A stretch of 64,000 nt of DNA from an uncultured bacterium (GTDB lineage Bacteria > Bacillota_I > Bacilli_A > RF39 > UBA660), in the NCBI GenBank assembly GCA_949295285.1, contig CASFKI010000049.1, forward strand, positions 1,506 through 65,505, given 5' to 3'. The notes beneath the pieces are model-generated. The model was given only the letters and a program-made list of their open reading frames with translations. It ran no database searches and had not been told where the DNA came from. Below are positions 39,065-49,084 of this stretch, in pieces (position 1 is the first letter of the stretch; the number at the start of each line of letters is the position of its first letter). The position numbers were made by a program, and so were the translations under genes.

Positions 39065-40084
39065 ATGAATAATAATGAAAATAATACTATTTCTCAAAAT
39101 ACTGGGGAATCTAATGTAAGTAATAATCAAAATAATATTAGTGATATAAATCAAGATAGTAGTGCAAGTGTTTCGCAAATGGGAGTAAAAGTCGAAGAAA
39201 CTTTAAGTGAGCCACCATGTGCAAGTGATGAAAAAATAGTTATTAAAACAATTCAAGAAAAAAAGAAATCAAATTTATTATCAGTATTAATTATAGTGAT
39301 AGTTTTATTGCTGGGGGTTTTATTTATGGATGACATAATAGAATTGTTTGATAAATCTTCTAATAATAATCCAGTTGTAATTCCAAATGATGAAAAGGAG
39401 GAAAATTATAATTTAGTTGATGGATTTATAGTTGTAAATGATACTAATTCATATGTAAAGTTAAATGAAATCAAATTTTATAATTTTAAAAATGCTGCTA
39501 ATCAAAAAACAATGACATTTAATTATTTATCAGATTCAACATATTCTTCATCTAATGATTTAGGATTATATATTGAACTATATAATTCTAAAAAAGAATT
39601 AGTGTATCTAACTAAATTTGATGCAGAAGATATAAATATAGATGAAATTAGAACTTATACAATCGATTTTAGTACTAATGTTGTGTCTGATATTAAATAC
39701 GCTAAAGTAAAAAAACCTACAAATGAAGAATTGAATTCTACTAAGCAATTAATATGTAGAATGAAAAAAGTAGATCAAGGATATGATATAGTATATAGAA
39801 ATACATATACTTTTAAAAATAATGAATTACAAGGATATGAAATATATAAAAAGTTAAATGTATCTATTGAAAGTGCGACAAGTAATAGTTTATTACTTGA
39901 ATTACAAAATGAATATATTAATATAAAAAATATGGGAATATCTTCTACATTTGAAAACAATACACTTGTTTATAACATTGATGTAACTAAACCAATAACA
40001 AATTATACGCCGTTATATGCAAATAAAACAACATATGCAGTGGTAAAAAATAATGAGATGTTAGAGAATTGGGAATGTGAGTAA
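39065..40084 (+). CDS. Single-pass membrane protein (339 aa), N/S/Q-rich N-terminus, ~230-aa extracytoplasmic domain of unknown family
   Basis: TM helix LLSVLIIVIVLLLGVLFM. The stop overlaps the scpA start (TAATG). Confidence 0.55.
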   Translation: MNNNENNTISQNTGESNVSNNQNNISDINQDSSASVSQMGVKVEETLSEPPCASDEKIVIKTIQEKKKSNLLSVLIIVIVLLLGVLFMDDIIELFDKSSNNNPVVIPNDEKEENYNLVDGFIVVNDTNSYVKLNEIKFYNFKNAANQKTMTFNYLSDSTYSSSNDLGLYIELYNSKKELVYLTKFDAEDINIDEIRTYTIDFSTNVVSDIKYAKVKKPTNEELNSTKQLICRMKKVDQGYDIVYRNTYTFKNNELQGYEIYKKLNVSIESATSNSLLLELQNEYINIKNMGISSTFENNTLVYNIDVTKPITNYTPLYANKTTYAVVKNNEMLENWECE

Positions 40085-40797
40085 TGGATGATTTATTAAT
40101 TGGTGATTTTGAAGGACCACTTGATTTATTACTTCATTTAATAAAAAAATCTAAAATGGAAATATTAGATATTGAGATATCAGATATTACAAATAAATAT
40201 CTTAAATATATTGAAAGTATGAAAGAATTAAATTTAGATATAGCTAGTGAATATTTAATTATGGCTAGTGAATTAATTGAAATAAAAAGCAAGAAACTTT
40301 TACCATATACTGAAGATAGTAATGAAAGTGATGAAGAAAATCCAGAAAATATACTAAAAGAAAGATTATTAGAATATCAAAAATATAAACAAAGTACAGA
40401 TATATTTAGAAATTTAGAAGAAAATAGATCATTGTATTATACTAAAATGCCTGAAAAATTAAATCTATATACAGAACAAAAATTAGAAAATGATGGAAGT
40501 GTTACAGTATATGATTTATTAGATGCTTTTAAAAAATTATTAGAAAGACAAGAATTTAATAAACCTTTAAATACAAAAATAACAAAAAAAGAATTGTCAG
40601 TAAGAGAAAGAATTGATAAAATAAGAAGTATTCTTAACATCAAAAAGAAAATAAATTTTATTGATTTATTTGATGATTTTAATAAATCTTATGTTGTAGT
40701 TACATTTTTATCGATATTAGAAATGACTAAAAATAAAGAAATAATTATTAAACAAGAAAATAATTTTTCTGACATATACTTAGAAAGAGTTGATTGA
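40084..40797 (+). CDS. scpA: Segregation and condensation protein A
   Basis: FEGPLDLLLHLIKKSKMEILDIEISDIT is the canonical ScpA N-terminus. Confidence 0.9.
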   Translation: MDDLLIGDFEGPLDLLLHLIKKSKMEILDIEISDITNKYLKYIESMKELNLDIASEYLIMASELIEIKSKKLLPYTEDSNESDEENPENILKERLLEYQKYKQSTDIFRNLEENRSLYYTKMPEKLNLYTEQKLENDGSVTVYDLLDAFKKLLERQEFNKPLNTKITKKELSVRERIDKIRSILNIKKKINFIDLFDDFNKSYVVVTFLSILEMTKNKEIIIKQENNFSDIYLERVD

Positions 40798-41362
40798 TGT
40801 GAATTTAAAAGCAATATTAGAAGGAATTTTATTTATAGTTGGAGATGAAGGTACTACTATTAATGAAATAAAAAATATATTAGAAATAGAAGAAGATGAA
40901 GTAAAAAGATTATTGCTTGAACTAAAAAAAGATTATGATAGTTCTGATAGAGGACTTAGAATATCATATTTGGGTAATGCATTTAAACTTACTACGAAAG
41001 AGGAACATAGATCATATTATGAAAAATTAGTAACTGATAATAAGACAGCAAATTTGTCAAATGCAGCTTTAGAAGTATTAGCAGTAATTGCATATAACGA
41101 ACCTATTACTAGGTTAGAAATAGATGATATTAGAGGAGTAAATTCTTCTCAAATAGTAAGAAGATTATTAGCAAGAGGGTTTATTAAAGTATGCGGTAAG
41201 TCTGATAACATAGGTAAGCCTAATTTATATAAGACAACTAATGATTTTTTGGATTATTTTGGTCTTTCATCAAAAGACGATTTACCAGATTTAATAATTC
41301 AATCTAAAAGTGAAAATGACAATGATGATTTATATGAAAGTACATATAAAGATAAAAAATAG
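40790..41362 (+). CDS. scpB: Segregation and condensation protein B
   Basis: LEGILFIVGDEG ... LSNAALEVLAVIAYNEPITRLEIDDIRGV. Confidence 0.9.
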   Translation: MIDVNLKAILEGILFIVGDEGTTINEIKNILEIEEDEVKRLLLELKKDYDSSDRGLRISYLGNAFKLTTKEEHRSYYEKLVTDNKTANLSNAALEVLAVIAYNEPITRLEIDDIRGVNSSQIVRRLLARGFIKVCGKSDNIGKPNLYKTTNDFLDYFGLSSKDDLPDLIIQSKSENDNDDLYESTYKDKK

Positions 41363-41410
41363 ACTTATGTCTATTTTTTTGATAGAATATTCTTAGAAAA
41401 GAGGAATAGT

Positions 41411-42070
41411 ATGAAATATATAAAAATAATATTAGTTGTTTTTTGTGTAATTATTATGTTTGGTTGTAAAGTAAAAACTTATAATTTTCAAACATTACAA
41501 GAGGATAATGAAATTGTATATCTTATTAATAACAATAAGTATATAGAAAGTGAACAAGAAACTGATTTAGTTAAAATTGATATTAATGGTTATGGAATAA
41601 TAATTGCAGAATTGTATCCAGACATTGCGCCAGAAACAGTAAAAAATTTTAAAAAATTAGTTAATGAAAAATTTTATGACGATTTAATATTTCATAGAGT
41701 AATAAATGAATTTATGATTCAAACAGGAGATCCAAATGCAGATGGAACTGGTGGTAGTGATGAGACTATCAAGGGAGAATTTAGTTTGAATGGATTTGAA
41801 AATGATTTATCTCATACTAAAGGAGTTTTATCTATGGCAAGAAGAGGTTCTAATCCTGATACTGAAGAAACTATGAATTCTGCATCAAGCCAGTTTTTTA
41901 TAGTACAAGCTGATGCTACATATTTAGATGGTAGTTATGCTGCATTTGGCAAAGTAATAGATGGAATAGAGTTAGTTGATGATATTGCAAAAGTACCAAC
42001 CGATGAAAATGATAAACCAATAAACAATGTAATTATAAATAGTATTAGATTTGTAAAAGAAGGTGAATGA
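41411..42070 (+). CDS. Cyclophilin-type peptidyl-prolyl isomerase, probable lipoprotein
   Basis: Signal ending IIMFGC. FHRVINEFMIQTGDP, GVLSMAR, SQFFIV. Confidence 0.85.
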   Translation: MKYIKIILVVFCVIIMFGCKVKTYNFQTLQEDNEIVYLINNNKYIESEQETDLVKIDINGYGIIIAELYPDIAPETVKNFKKLVNEKFYDDLIFHRVINEFMIQTGDPNADGTGGSDETIKGEFSLNGFENDLSHTKGVLSMARRGSNPDTEETMNSASSQFFIVQADATYLDGSYAAFGKVIDGIELVDDIAKVPTDENDKPINNVIINSIRFVKEGE

Positions 42071-42920
42071 TTTGATTGTACTTGATGGTAAAGATTTAAG
42101 TGCAAAATTAAAAGATGCACTTAAAAGTGAGATATCTTTATATGTTCAAACTCCAATAATAGCAGTAATAACTATTGGTGATGATGAGGCTAGCAAGATA
42201 TATGTTAAAAATAAGAAGAAAGCATGTGAATATGTTGGAATTAGCTTTTTACATTTTGATTATGTATACAATGTAAAAGAAAGTGTTGTTATAGATAAAA
42301 TAAAAGAATTAAATGAAGATAAAAGTATTAATGGAATATTATTACAATTACCAATACCTGATAATTATGATGTTGATAAAATATTAAATACAATAGATCC
42401 AGTTAAAGATGTTGATGGACTTACACTATTAAATAGAGGTAAATTAGCAAGTAATGATAATAGTGGAATAATACCATGTACGCCTAATGGAATATTAGAA
42501 ATATTTAAATATTATAATATAAAATTAAAAGGTAAGCATGTAGTTGTAATAGGTAGAAGTAAATTAGTTGGGTTTCCTATGGCAGTATTATGTTTAAAAG
42601 AAAATGCTACTGTCAGTATATGTCATTCTAAAACAAAAGATTTATCATTGTATACAAGAACAGCAGATATTTTAATAGTGGCAACTGGTAATAAATGGTT
42701 AATAGATAAATCTATGATTAAAAAAGGTGTAGTTATTATTGATGTAGGTATAAATAGAGAAGATAATCATTTATATGGAGATGTAAATCCAAATACATAT
42801 GAATTATGTAGCGCTTATACTCCAGTACCAGGTGGCGTAGGTCCGATGACAGTGATTAGTTTACTAATTAATACTTTTAATTCGTACAAAAAGATGAATG
42901 GAATTGATAATGAAAAATGA
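42063..42920 (+). CDS. folD: Bifunctional methylenetetrahydrofolate dehydrogenase/cyclohydrolase FolD
   Basis: GTG start. ILLQLPIP, VIGRSKLVGFPMA, PVPGGVGPMT. Confidence 0.9.
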   Translation: MNDLIVLDGKDLSAKLKDALKSEISLYVQTPIIAVITIGDDEASKIYVKNKKKACEYVGISFLHFDYVYNVKESVVIDKIKELNEDKSINGILLQLPIPDNYDVDKILNTIDPVKDVDGLTLLNRGKLASNDNSGIIPCTPNGILEIFKYYNIKLKGKHVVVIGRSKLVGFPMAVLCLKENATVSICHSKTKDLSLYTRTADILIVATGNKWLIDKSMIKKGVVIIDVGINREDNHLYGDVNPNTYELCSAYTPVPGGVGPMTVISLLINTFNSYKKMNGIDNEK

Positions 42921-43728
42921 AGTAATTGAAAGAAGTATTATAAAAACATATAGAAAAGAAATATGGGCAAGATTTGTAAAAGCAGTAAAAGATTTTGAAT
43001 TAATAAATGAAAATGATAAAATTGCTGTGTGTATCAGTGGTGGGAAAGATTCATTTTTATTAGCAAAATGTATGCAAGAATATAAAAAACACGGAAATGT
43101 TAATTTCGATATAGTTTTTATTTGTATGAATCCGGGATATAGTGAAGAACACTTAAATTTAATTAAAGAAAATGCTAAAAATTTAAATATAAATTTAAAT
43201 ATATTTAATAGTGATATATTTGATGTTGTTTCAAGAGAAAAAACTTCTCCTTGTTATTTGTGTGCTAGAATGCGAAGAGGTTATTTATATGCTGAAGCAA
43301 AAAAACTTGGGTGTAATAAAATAGCTTTGGGTCATCATTTTGATGATGTAGTAGAAACAATATTACTAAGTATGCTATATGCTAGTGAATATAAAACAAT
43401 GATGCCAAAGTTACATAGTGATAATTTTAAAAATATGGAATTAATTAGGCCTATGTATTATATTAGAGAGCATGATATTATAAGATTTATAAATTCAAAT
43501 AATTTACAATTTATTAATTGCGCATGTAAATTTACTCAAAAAAGTGATTATGAAAAAAAATCTAAAAGAAGGGAAATTAAAGAATTAATAAAAGAATTAA
43601 AGAAAACTAATCCATCAGCAGATTACAATATATTTAAAACAACATTTAATGTTAATTTAAATACGATACTTGGGTATTATAAAGATGATAATAAGTATAA
43701 TTTTTTAGATGATTACAATAATAAATAG
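42898..43728 (+). CDS. ttcA: PP-loop ATPase, TtcA-like tRNA thiolation enzyme
   Basis: CISGGKDS PP-loop, PCYLCARMRRG, ALGHHFDD. Confidence 0.7.
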   Translation: MELIMKNEVIERSIIKTYRKEIWARFVKAVKDFELINENDKIAVCISGGKDSFLLAKCMQEYKKHGNVNFDIVFICMNPGYSEEHLNLIKENAKNLNINLNIFNSDIFDVVSREKTSPCYLCARMRRGYLYAEAKKLGCNKIALGHHFDDVVETILLSMLYASEYKTMMPKLHSDNFKNMELIRPMYYIREHDIIRFINSNNLQFINCACKFTQKSDYEKKSKRREIKELIKELKKTNPSADYNIFKTTFNVNLNTILGYYKDDNKYNFLDDYNNK

Positions 43729-43843
43729 TGGAAAAATATAATAATTTACATTTCTTTTTAAATCTACATTGACAACAGATTTATAAAATTTTAAAATAGT
43801 AGTAGAAGTTTATACTTCTAGAAAGAGACAATGGAGGAAAATT

Positions 43844-45397
43844 ATGAATGATGTAATCTTCTCCATTTTGCTTGTTGTAGTTGGATTATTTATGGGAGCA
43901 TTTATAATGATAATGATAAATAAATTCAAAGTAAGTGCTGCTCAAAAAGAAGCTGATAAATTAATTCGTGATGCCAAAAAAGAGGCTGAAAGAGCTAAAA
44001 GAGATGGTATTTTAGAATTAAAAGAAGAAAGTTATAAACTAAAAAATCAAACTGATGCGGAAATTAAGGAAAAAAAGAAAGAACTTAATGAGCTAAATCA
44101 AAGAATAGACAACAGAGAAAAAAGTTTAGACAAAAGAGATGAGTTATTAACTCAAAGAGAAAAAAATCTTGAGGATAAAGATAAAGATTTATTGGCCAAG
44201 CAAAAAGAAATTCAAGATAAAGATGCAAAAATGGAGAGTATAATAAAAGAGCAAATTGCACTTTTAGAAAAAATCTCTGGTTTTTCTAAAGAAAAAGCAA
44301 GAGAACTTGTAATGAAAAAAGTAGAGGATGAGATGAATATTGAAATCGCTACTTATTTAAAAGAAAGAGAAGATGAAGCAAAATTAGAAGCAGATAAAAA
44401 AGCAAGAGAAATACTTGTTTCTAGTATGCAAAGATATTCTAATGATGTTACAAATGAACAAACAGTAACAACTGTCGAACTACCTAATGATGAGATGAAA
44501 GGCAGAATAATTGGAAGAGAAGGAAGAAATATAAGAACTATTGAAGCAGTTACAGGAGTTGATTTAATAATTGATGATACGCCTGAGGTAATAGTGTTAT
44601 CTTCATTTGATCCTTTAAGAAGACAAATAGCTAAAGTTACATTAGAAACATTAATTAAAGATGGCAGAATACATCCAGCTAGAATTGAAGAACTTTATGA
44701 TAAAGTTTGTGAGGATTATAAGAAAATTATTCGTGAAAAAGGAGAAGAAGCTTTATTTGAATTAGGAATTTCGAAAGTTGATCCTGAAATAGTTGAAGCG
44801 ATTGGAAAATTAGCATTTAGGACAAGTTATGGACAAGATGCACTTGCACATAGTAAAGAAGTTGCACATTTAGCAGGTATAATGGCTTCTGAATTAGGAG
44901 AAAATGCTACTCTTGCTAAAAGAGCAGGTTTGCTTCATGATATTGGTAAAGCAATTGATTATGAAATTGAAGGAAGTCATGTAGAAATTGGGGCTGATTT
45001 AGTAAAAAAACATAATGAAGATAAGGTTGTAATTAACGCAATTGAATCTCATCATGGAGATAAAAAACCAACATCAATTATATCTGAACTAGTTGCGATA
45101 GCAGATGCATTATCTGCTTCAAGACCAGGTGCTAGAAATGATTCATTAGAAAATTATGTAAAAAGATTAGAAGAATTAGAAAATATTGGTAATTCTATTG
45201 ATGGGGTAGAAAAAACATTTGCTATGCAAGCTGGCAGAGAACTTAGAGTTATCGTAAAACCAGAAGAAATTGATGATTTAACAAGTTATAAAGTAGCAAG
45301 AGAAATTAAGGATAAAATCGAAGATTCCCTACAGTATCCTGGTACTATAAAAGTTGTTGTAATTCGTGAAACAAGGGCTGAAGAGGTTGCAAAATAA
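43844..45397 (+). CDS. rny: Ribonuclease Y
   Basis: N-terminal TM, coiled coil, KH domain ([15 protein letters not shown]), and HD domain (LLHDIGKA). Confidence 0.95.
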   Translation: MNDVIFSILLVVVGLFMGAFIMIMINKFKVSAAQKEADKLIRDAKKEAERAKRDGILELKEESYKLKNQTDAEIKEKKKELNELNQRIDNREKSLDKRDELLTQREKNLEDKDKDLLAKQKEIQDKDAKMESIIKEQIALLEKISGFSKEKARELVMKKVEDEMNIEIATYLKEREDEAKLEADKKAREILVSSMQRYSNDVTNEQTVTTVELPNDEMKGRIIGREGRNIRTIEAVTGVDLIIDDTPEVIVLSSFDPLRRQIAKVTLETLIKDGRIHPARIEELYDKVCEDYKKIIREKGEEALFELGISKVDPEIVEAIGKLAFRTSYGQDALAHSKEVAHLAGIMASELGENATLAKRAGLLHDIGKAIDYEIEGSHVEIGADLVKKHNEDKVVINAIESHHGDKKPTSIISELVAIADALSASRPGARNDSLENYVKRLEELENIGNSIDGVEKTFAMQAGRELRVIVKPEEIDDLTSYKVAREIKDKIEDSLQYPGTIKVVVIRETRAEEVAK

Positions 45398-45489
45398 ATT
45401 TAATTATTATAAAATCAAGGGTAAGTAATTATATTTTGTTAATTTTTTCCTTGTTTTTATTTTATTAATATAATTATTAGGAGGATAAA

Positions 45490-46239
45490 ATGAGAGCATT
45501 AATAACTGGTGCATCTAGTGGAATAGGAAAAGAATTTGCTTATAAATTATCTAATATGGGTTATGATTTAATACTTGTAGCAAGAAGAAAGGATAGATTA
45601 GAAAAAATTAAAGCTAATTTAAAAACTAATATTACAATAGAATGTGTGGATTTGAGTATTAAAGAAAATTCATATAAATTATATGAAAAATACAAAAATA
45701 AAATAGATTTACTTATTAATAATGCAGGATTTGGTTTGTGTGATAAATTTAGTAATACTTCTTTAGAAGAAGAAATAAACATGATAGATTTAAATGTTAT
45801 TAATCTGCATATTTTAACTAAATTATTTTTAAAAGATTTTATCAATAAAGATAGTGGTCAAATATTAAATGTATCTTCAAGCGCTGCGTTTGAACCAGGA
45901 CCATTAATGGCTACATATTATGCAACTAAATCATATGTGTATAGCTTAACTATGGCGATTTATGAAGAGTTAAGAGTTAAAAAAAGTAATGTTAAGATTA
46001 GCATATTATGCCCTGGGCCAGTTGATACTGAATTTAATAAAAGAGCTAATGTTAAATTTAATATTAAACAATTATCTAGTGATTATGTAGTAAATTATGC
46101 TATTAAACATATGAATAAATTAATAATAATACCAAGTTTAAAAATGAAGTTGGGTGTGTTTGGTACTAGATTATTACCAAGAAAATTATTGTTAAAAATT
46201 ATATATAAAATACAAAAGAAAAAAATCTATAATAAATAA
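45490..46239 (+). CDS. Short-chain dehydrogenase/reductase (SDR)
   Basis: TGASSGIGKE, NNAG, YYATKSYV (YxxxK). Confidence 0.8.
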   Translation: MRALITGASSGIGKEFAYKLSNMGYDLILVARRKDRLEKIKANLKTNITIECVDLSIKENSYKLYEKYKNKIDLLINNAGFGLCDKFSNTSLEEEINMIDLNVINLHILTKLFLKDFINKDSGQILNVSSSAAFEPGPLMATYYATKSYVYSLTMAIYEELRVKKSNVKISILCPGPVDTEFNKRANVKFNIKQLSSDYVVNYAIKHMNKLIIIPSLKMKLGVFGTRLLPRKLLLKIIYKIQKKKIYNK

Positions 46240-46257
46240 TATTTTTAGGAGGGTTTT

Positions 46258-47409
46258 ATGAAGAAAATAATTAGTGTTATTTTAATTTTTTTATTACTTA
46301 TACCAAGTAGTATTGATGCAAAAGAAAAACAAATTAATATGTATTTATTTTATGGTAAAACATGTCCTCATTGCAAGGAACTAGATAAGTATTTAGATAA
46401 GTATTTAGATAATAAAGATAATATTAATTTATATACTTATGAAGTATGGAATAATAAAGAAAATAATGTTCATTTTAATAATATAACCAAACTATTAAAT
46501 GCGGATAATACGGCAGTTCCATTTTTAGTAATAGGTGATTCTTCATTCGTAGGTTTTTTAAAGTCTTTAACACCTGATCAAATTGAAAATACAGTTAATT
46601 ATTATGAAAATATAATATATAAAGATAAAGTAGGAGAGTATTTAGGCTTAGTAGAGAAGCAAGAAATTAATGATATAGAAGATTTAAGGTCAAATATAAG
46701 TAATATTCCATCTAATATATTTAATTTAATAAATAAAGATAAAATGTTATTATCAACTATAATAATTGGATTAATTGATGGATTTAATTTTTCGTCTATG
46801 TGGATATTATTATTTTTAATATCTATGATTATTGGAATAAAAGATAAAAATAAAAAATATATATTAGGAATCATATTTATATTAATATCAGGAATTATTC
46901 GTTTTTTCTTTTTAATATCCAAATTGAATTTATTGCCATTTTTAAATCTAATTCCTGTTATTAGAATAGTAATATCGTTAATATCTATAATATTAGGATT
47001 TATATTTATTATTCAATTTTTAAATAATATAAATAATTTAAAAAATAAAGAAAATAAAATAATTAATATAGTAAAAGAAAATTCCTTTTTATTATTTATT
47101 ATATTAGTAATAATATTATCTATTTCAATGAATATTTTTGGATTATTTTCATCTTTAGGATTACCAGTATTATTTAAAGAAATATTGTCTATTATTAATA
47201 CTAATAATTTCATAAAGATAATTTATTCATTGATTTATGTTACTTTTTATTTATTAGACGATGTTTTATTTTTAGTACTATTCATAAAAATATTAGAATT
47301 AAAAGGTATTAAAAATAAAATTAATAAATATCAATTAATACTTAGTGCTTTTATTATAATAACAATAGGTATATTTATAGCGTATATTCCTAAATTATTA
47401 ATGTTATAA
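46258..47409 (+). CDS. Extracytoplasmic thioredoxin/glutaredoxin-like domain (CPHC) fused to a cysteine-free polytopic membrane domain
   Basis: Signal MKKIISVILIFLLLIPSSIDA. YLFYGKTCPHCKELDKYL, followed by about 6 TM helices starting LSTIIIGLIDGFNFSSMWILLFLISMI. Confidence 0.6.
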   Translation: MKKIISVILIFLLLIPSSIDAKEKQINMYLFYGKTCPHCKELDKYLDKYLDNKDNINLYTYEVWNNKENNVHFNNITKLLNADNTAVPFLVIGDSSFVGFLKSLTPDQIENTVNYYENIIYKDKVGEYLGLVEKQEINDIEDLRSNISNIPSNIFNLINKDKMLLSTIIIGLIDGFNFSSMWILLFLISMIIGIKDKNKKYILGIIFILISGIIRFFFLISKLNLLPFLNLIPVIRIVISLISIILGFIFIIQFLNNINNLKNKENKIINIVKENSFLLFIILVIILSISMNIFGLFSSLGLPVLFKEILSIINTNNFIKIIYSLIYVTFYLLDDVLFLVLFIKILELKGIKNKINKYQLILSAFIIITIGIFIAYIPKLLML

Positions 47410-47453
47410 TATCATTTATAATAATTTTACATATAATAATTTAGGTGATATAT

Positions 47454-47690
47454 GTGAATGATAATCTTTTTAAAAGAATTGAAGAAAAAACAAATGTAGA
47501 TAAAGATACTATAATCAGTTTAGCAAGAAAGTTACAAAATGGTAATTATAAAGATGAGAATACTTTAAAAGAAATAATACATGAGTTATCTAATATTACT
47601 GGAAGAGAAGTTAGTGAGGAAAAGGAAAGAAAAATAATAAATACTATAATAAATGATAAAGTTCCATCTGATATAGAAAAATATGTATAA
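47454..47690 (+). CDS. spoVIF: Stage VI sporulation protein F-like (SpoVIF/YjcC)
   Basis: GTG 47454 lies 6 nt after aggtga. NLFKRIEEKTNVDKDTIISLARKLQNGNYKDENTLKEIIHELSNITGREVSEEKERKII resembles SpoVIF as recalled. Confidence 0.55.
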   Translation: MNDNLFKRIEEKTNVDKDTIISLARKLQNGNYKDENTLKEIIHELSNITGREVSEEKERKIINTIINDKVPSDIEKYV

Positions 47691-47712
47691 AAAAAATAAA
47701 ATATTTTATATT

Positions 47713-48981
47713 TTATTTTTTTATTGCTGGTCTGTAGAATTCTTTTTGTATTTTGTTTGTTGACCATAATAATTGGTGTAATGGTTTATTAACAATTAAA
47801 TCTAATTCGCCAATATATTCATAAACATCAGGCTTAAACTTAAGCTTAAATTTATTTAATTCCCTATATGGATTAGTATCACTAAAATCAGCGGTAATTC
47901 CATTTAAATCAATATAATTATATCCTGCTTTTTTATATGCTTCTATTAGCTTAAAGTATAAAAAAGTTTTAATGTCTATTGATTTAAAATTAGTGTTTTC
48001 AGCAGTTGCGATTATTGTAACTCTTCCTTTATTTCTTACTATAAAAGCAGCTCCAACTATTTCATTATTATTGTTATTATCATCAAAATCAGCTTTCATA
48101 TTCTCATTTGACATAGCTATTTCAGAAGAAATTTTTGCCAATATTTGATCTGATTTAGTTTTTGTATTATATAAATCTTCATTGTTAGGATTTCTATTAA
48201 ATTCAGTATTTATTTTTTCATTTTTTTCCTGTTCATTAACATATTGCTTTTGCAAATATTTAACATATATCTGATAATCAATTTTACATAATATTAAATC
48301 AACCATATCACTCTTGCTAAAAGTATCATAAAAAAATTTATAATATGTTAATGTTTTATTATCTGTTTTATCTATAAATTTATAAAATATATTTAAGTCT
48401 TCTTTTGTTCCATTAATAAGTTTTAAACCATCTAATTCGTAATTTTGAATAGTTTCAAGTAAAGAATTATCAAGATTACTAAAATTATAATTAGGTAAAT
48501 AAATAATTGGGGTATATTTTGGAAGTAGTGATTCAAAATATAAATTATCTCTTAATTTATCATATCCAAGACTTTTTAAAGTTTGAATTAGTTCTTTATT
48601 AGTTGTATTAATTGTTTTACTTTTAGTATCAAAATCTATTTTAGAATATGTTATTTCAGGATTTATTTTAATAAAAGCAAATCCTTTTTTAAAGAAAAAG
48701 TCTTTTACTTTTTTAGTAAATTCTTGTAATAATGAAACATTATAATAATCAATTAAAAATCCTCTTGGAGCATAACCATATTTAATATTTGATAATATAT
48801 TTTTATACATAATTAAACTACCAGCTACCATTATATCATTATTATAAGCACCAATATACATAATAGAAAAATCACTATGTTTCATAAGGGATCCATATTC
48901 TTTTGTTTGATAAAAATTTTTGAGTTTATGTTCTTTAGCAAATTTATCAAATTCAAATTCATTAATTTCTTTAATTATCAT
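47713..48981 (-). CDS. FemAB-family peptidoglycan interpeptide-bridge aminoacyltransferase
   Basis: 422 aa. N-terminus FYQTKEYGSLMKH...GYAPRGFLIDY. A central coiled-coil insertion and a C-terminal GNAT-like half (YNYIDLNGI...LNKFKLKFKP), as in FemA/FemB/FemX. Confidence 0.75.
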   Translation of the reverse strand: MIIKEINEFEFDKFAKEHKLKNFYQTKEYGSLMKHSDFSIMYIGAYNNDIMVAGSLIMYKNILSNIKYGYAPRGFLIDYYNVSLLQEFTKKVKDFFFKKGFAFIKINPEITYSKIDFDTKSKTINTTNKELIQTLKSLGYDKLRDNLYFESLLPKYTPIIYLPNYNFSNLDNSLLETIQNYELDGLKLINGTKEDLNIFYKFIDKTDNKTLTYYKFFYDTFSKSDMVDLILCKIDYQIYVKYLQKQYVNEQEKNEKINTEFNRNPNNEDLYNTKTKSDQILAKISSEIAMSNENMKADFDDNNNNNEIVGAAFIVRNKGRVTIIATAENTNFKSIDIKTFLYFKLIEAYKKAGYNYIDLNGITADFSDTNPYRELNKFKLKFKPDVYEYIGELDLIVNKPLHQLLWSTNKIQKEFYRPAIKK

Positions 48982-49084
48982 AATATCACCTTTTAACTAT
49001 TAAATATTGTATCAAATTTCTATTTAAAAGTAAAAAAATATTTAAGTTTATTTATATTCATGATAAAATAAATATGGTGATGAT

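Noticed and set aside
46384-46407. A 2 x 12-bp tandem repeat (gataagtattta).
   Set aside because: It is only two in-frame units (KYLDKYLD) inside a CDS. This is a minor duplication, not a regulatory or mobile repeat, and it is mentioned only under the thioredoxin-fusion finding.
47691-47712. An AT-only palindrome between the convergent spoVIF-like and FemAB-like genes, considered as a bidirectional terminator.
   Set aside because: The stem consists solely of A:T pairs (aaaataaaatat/atattttatttt). This is too weak to call with confidence in such AT-rich DNA.
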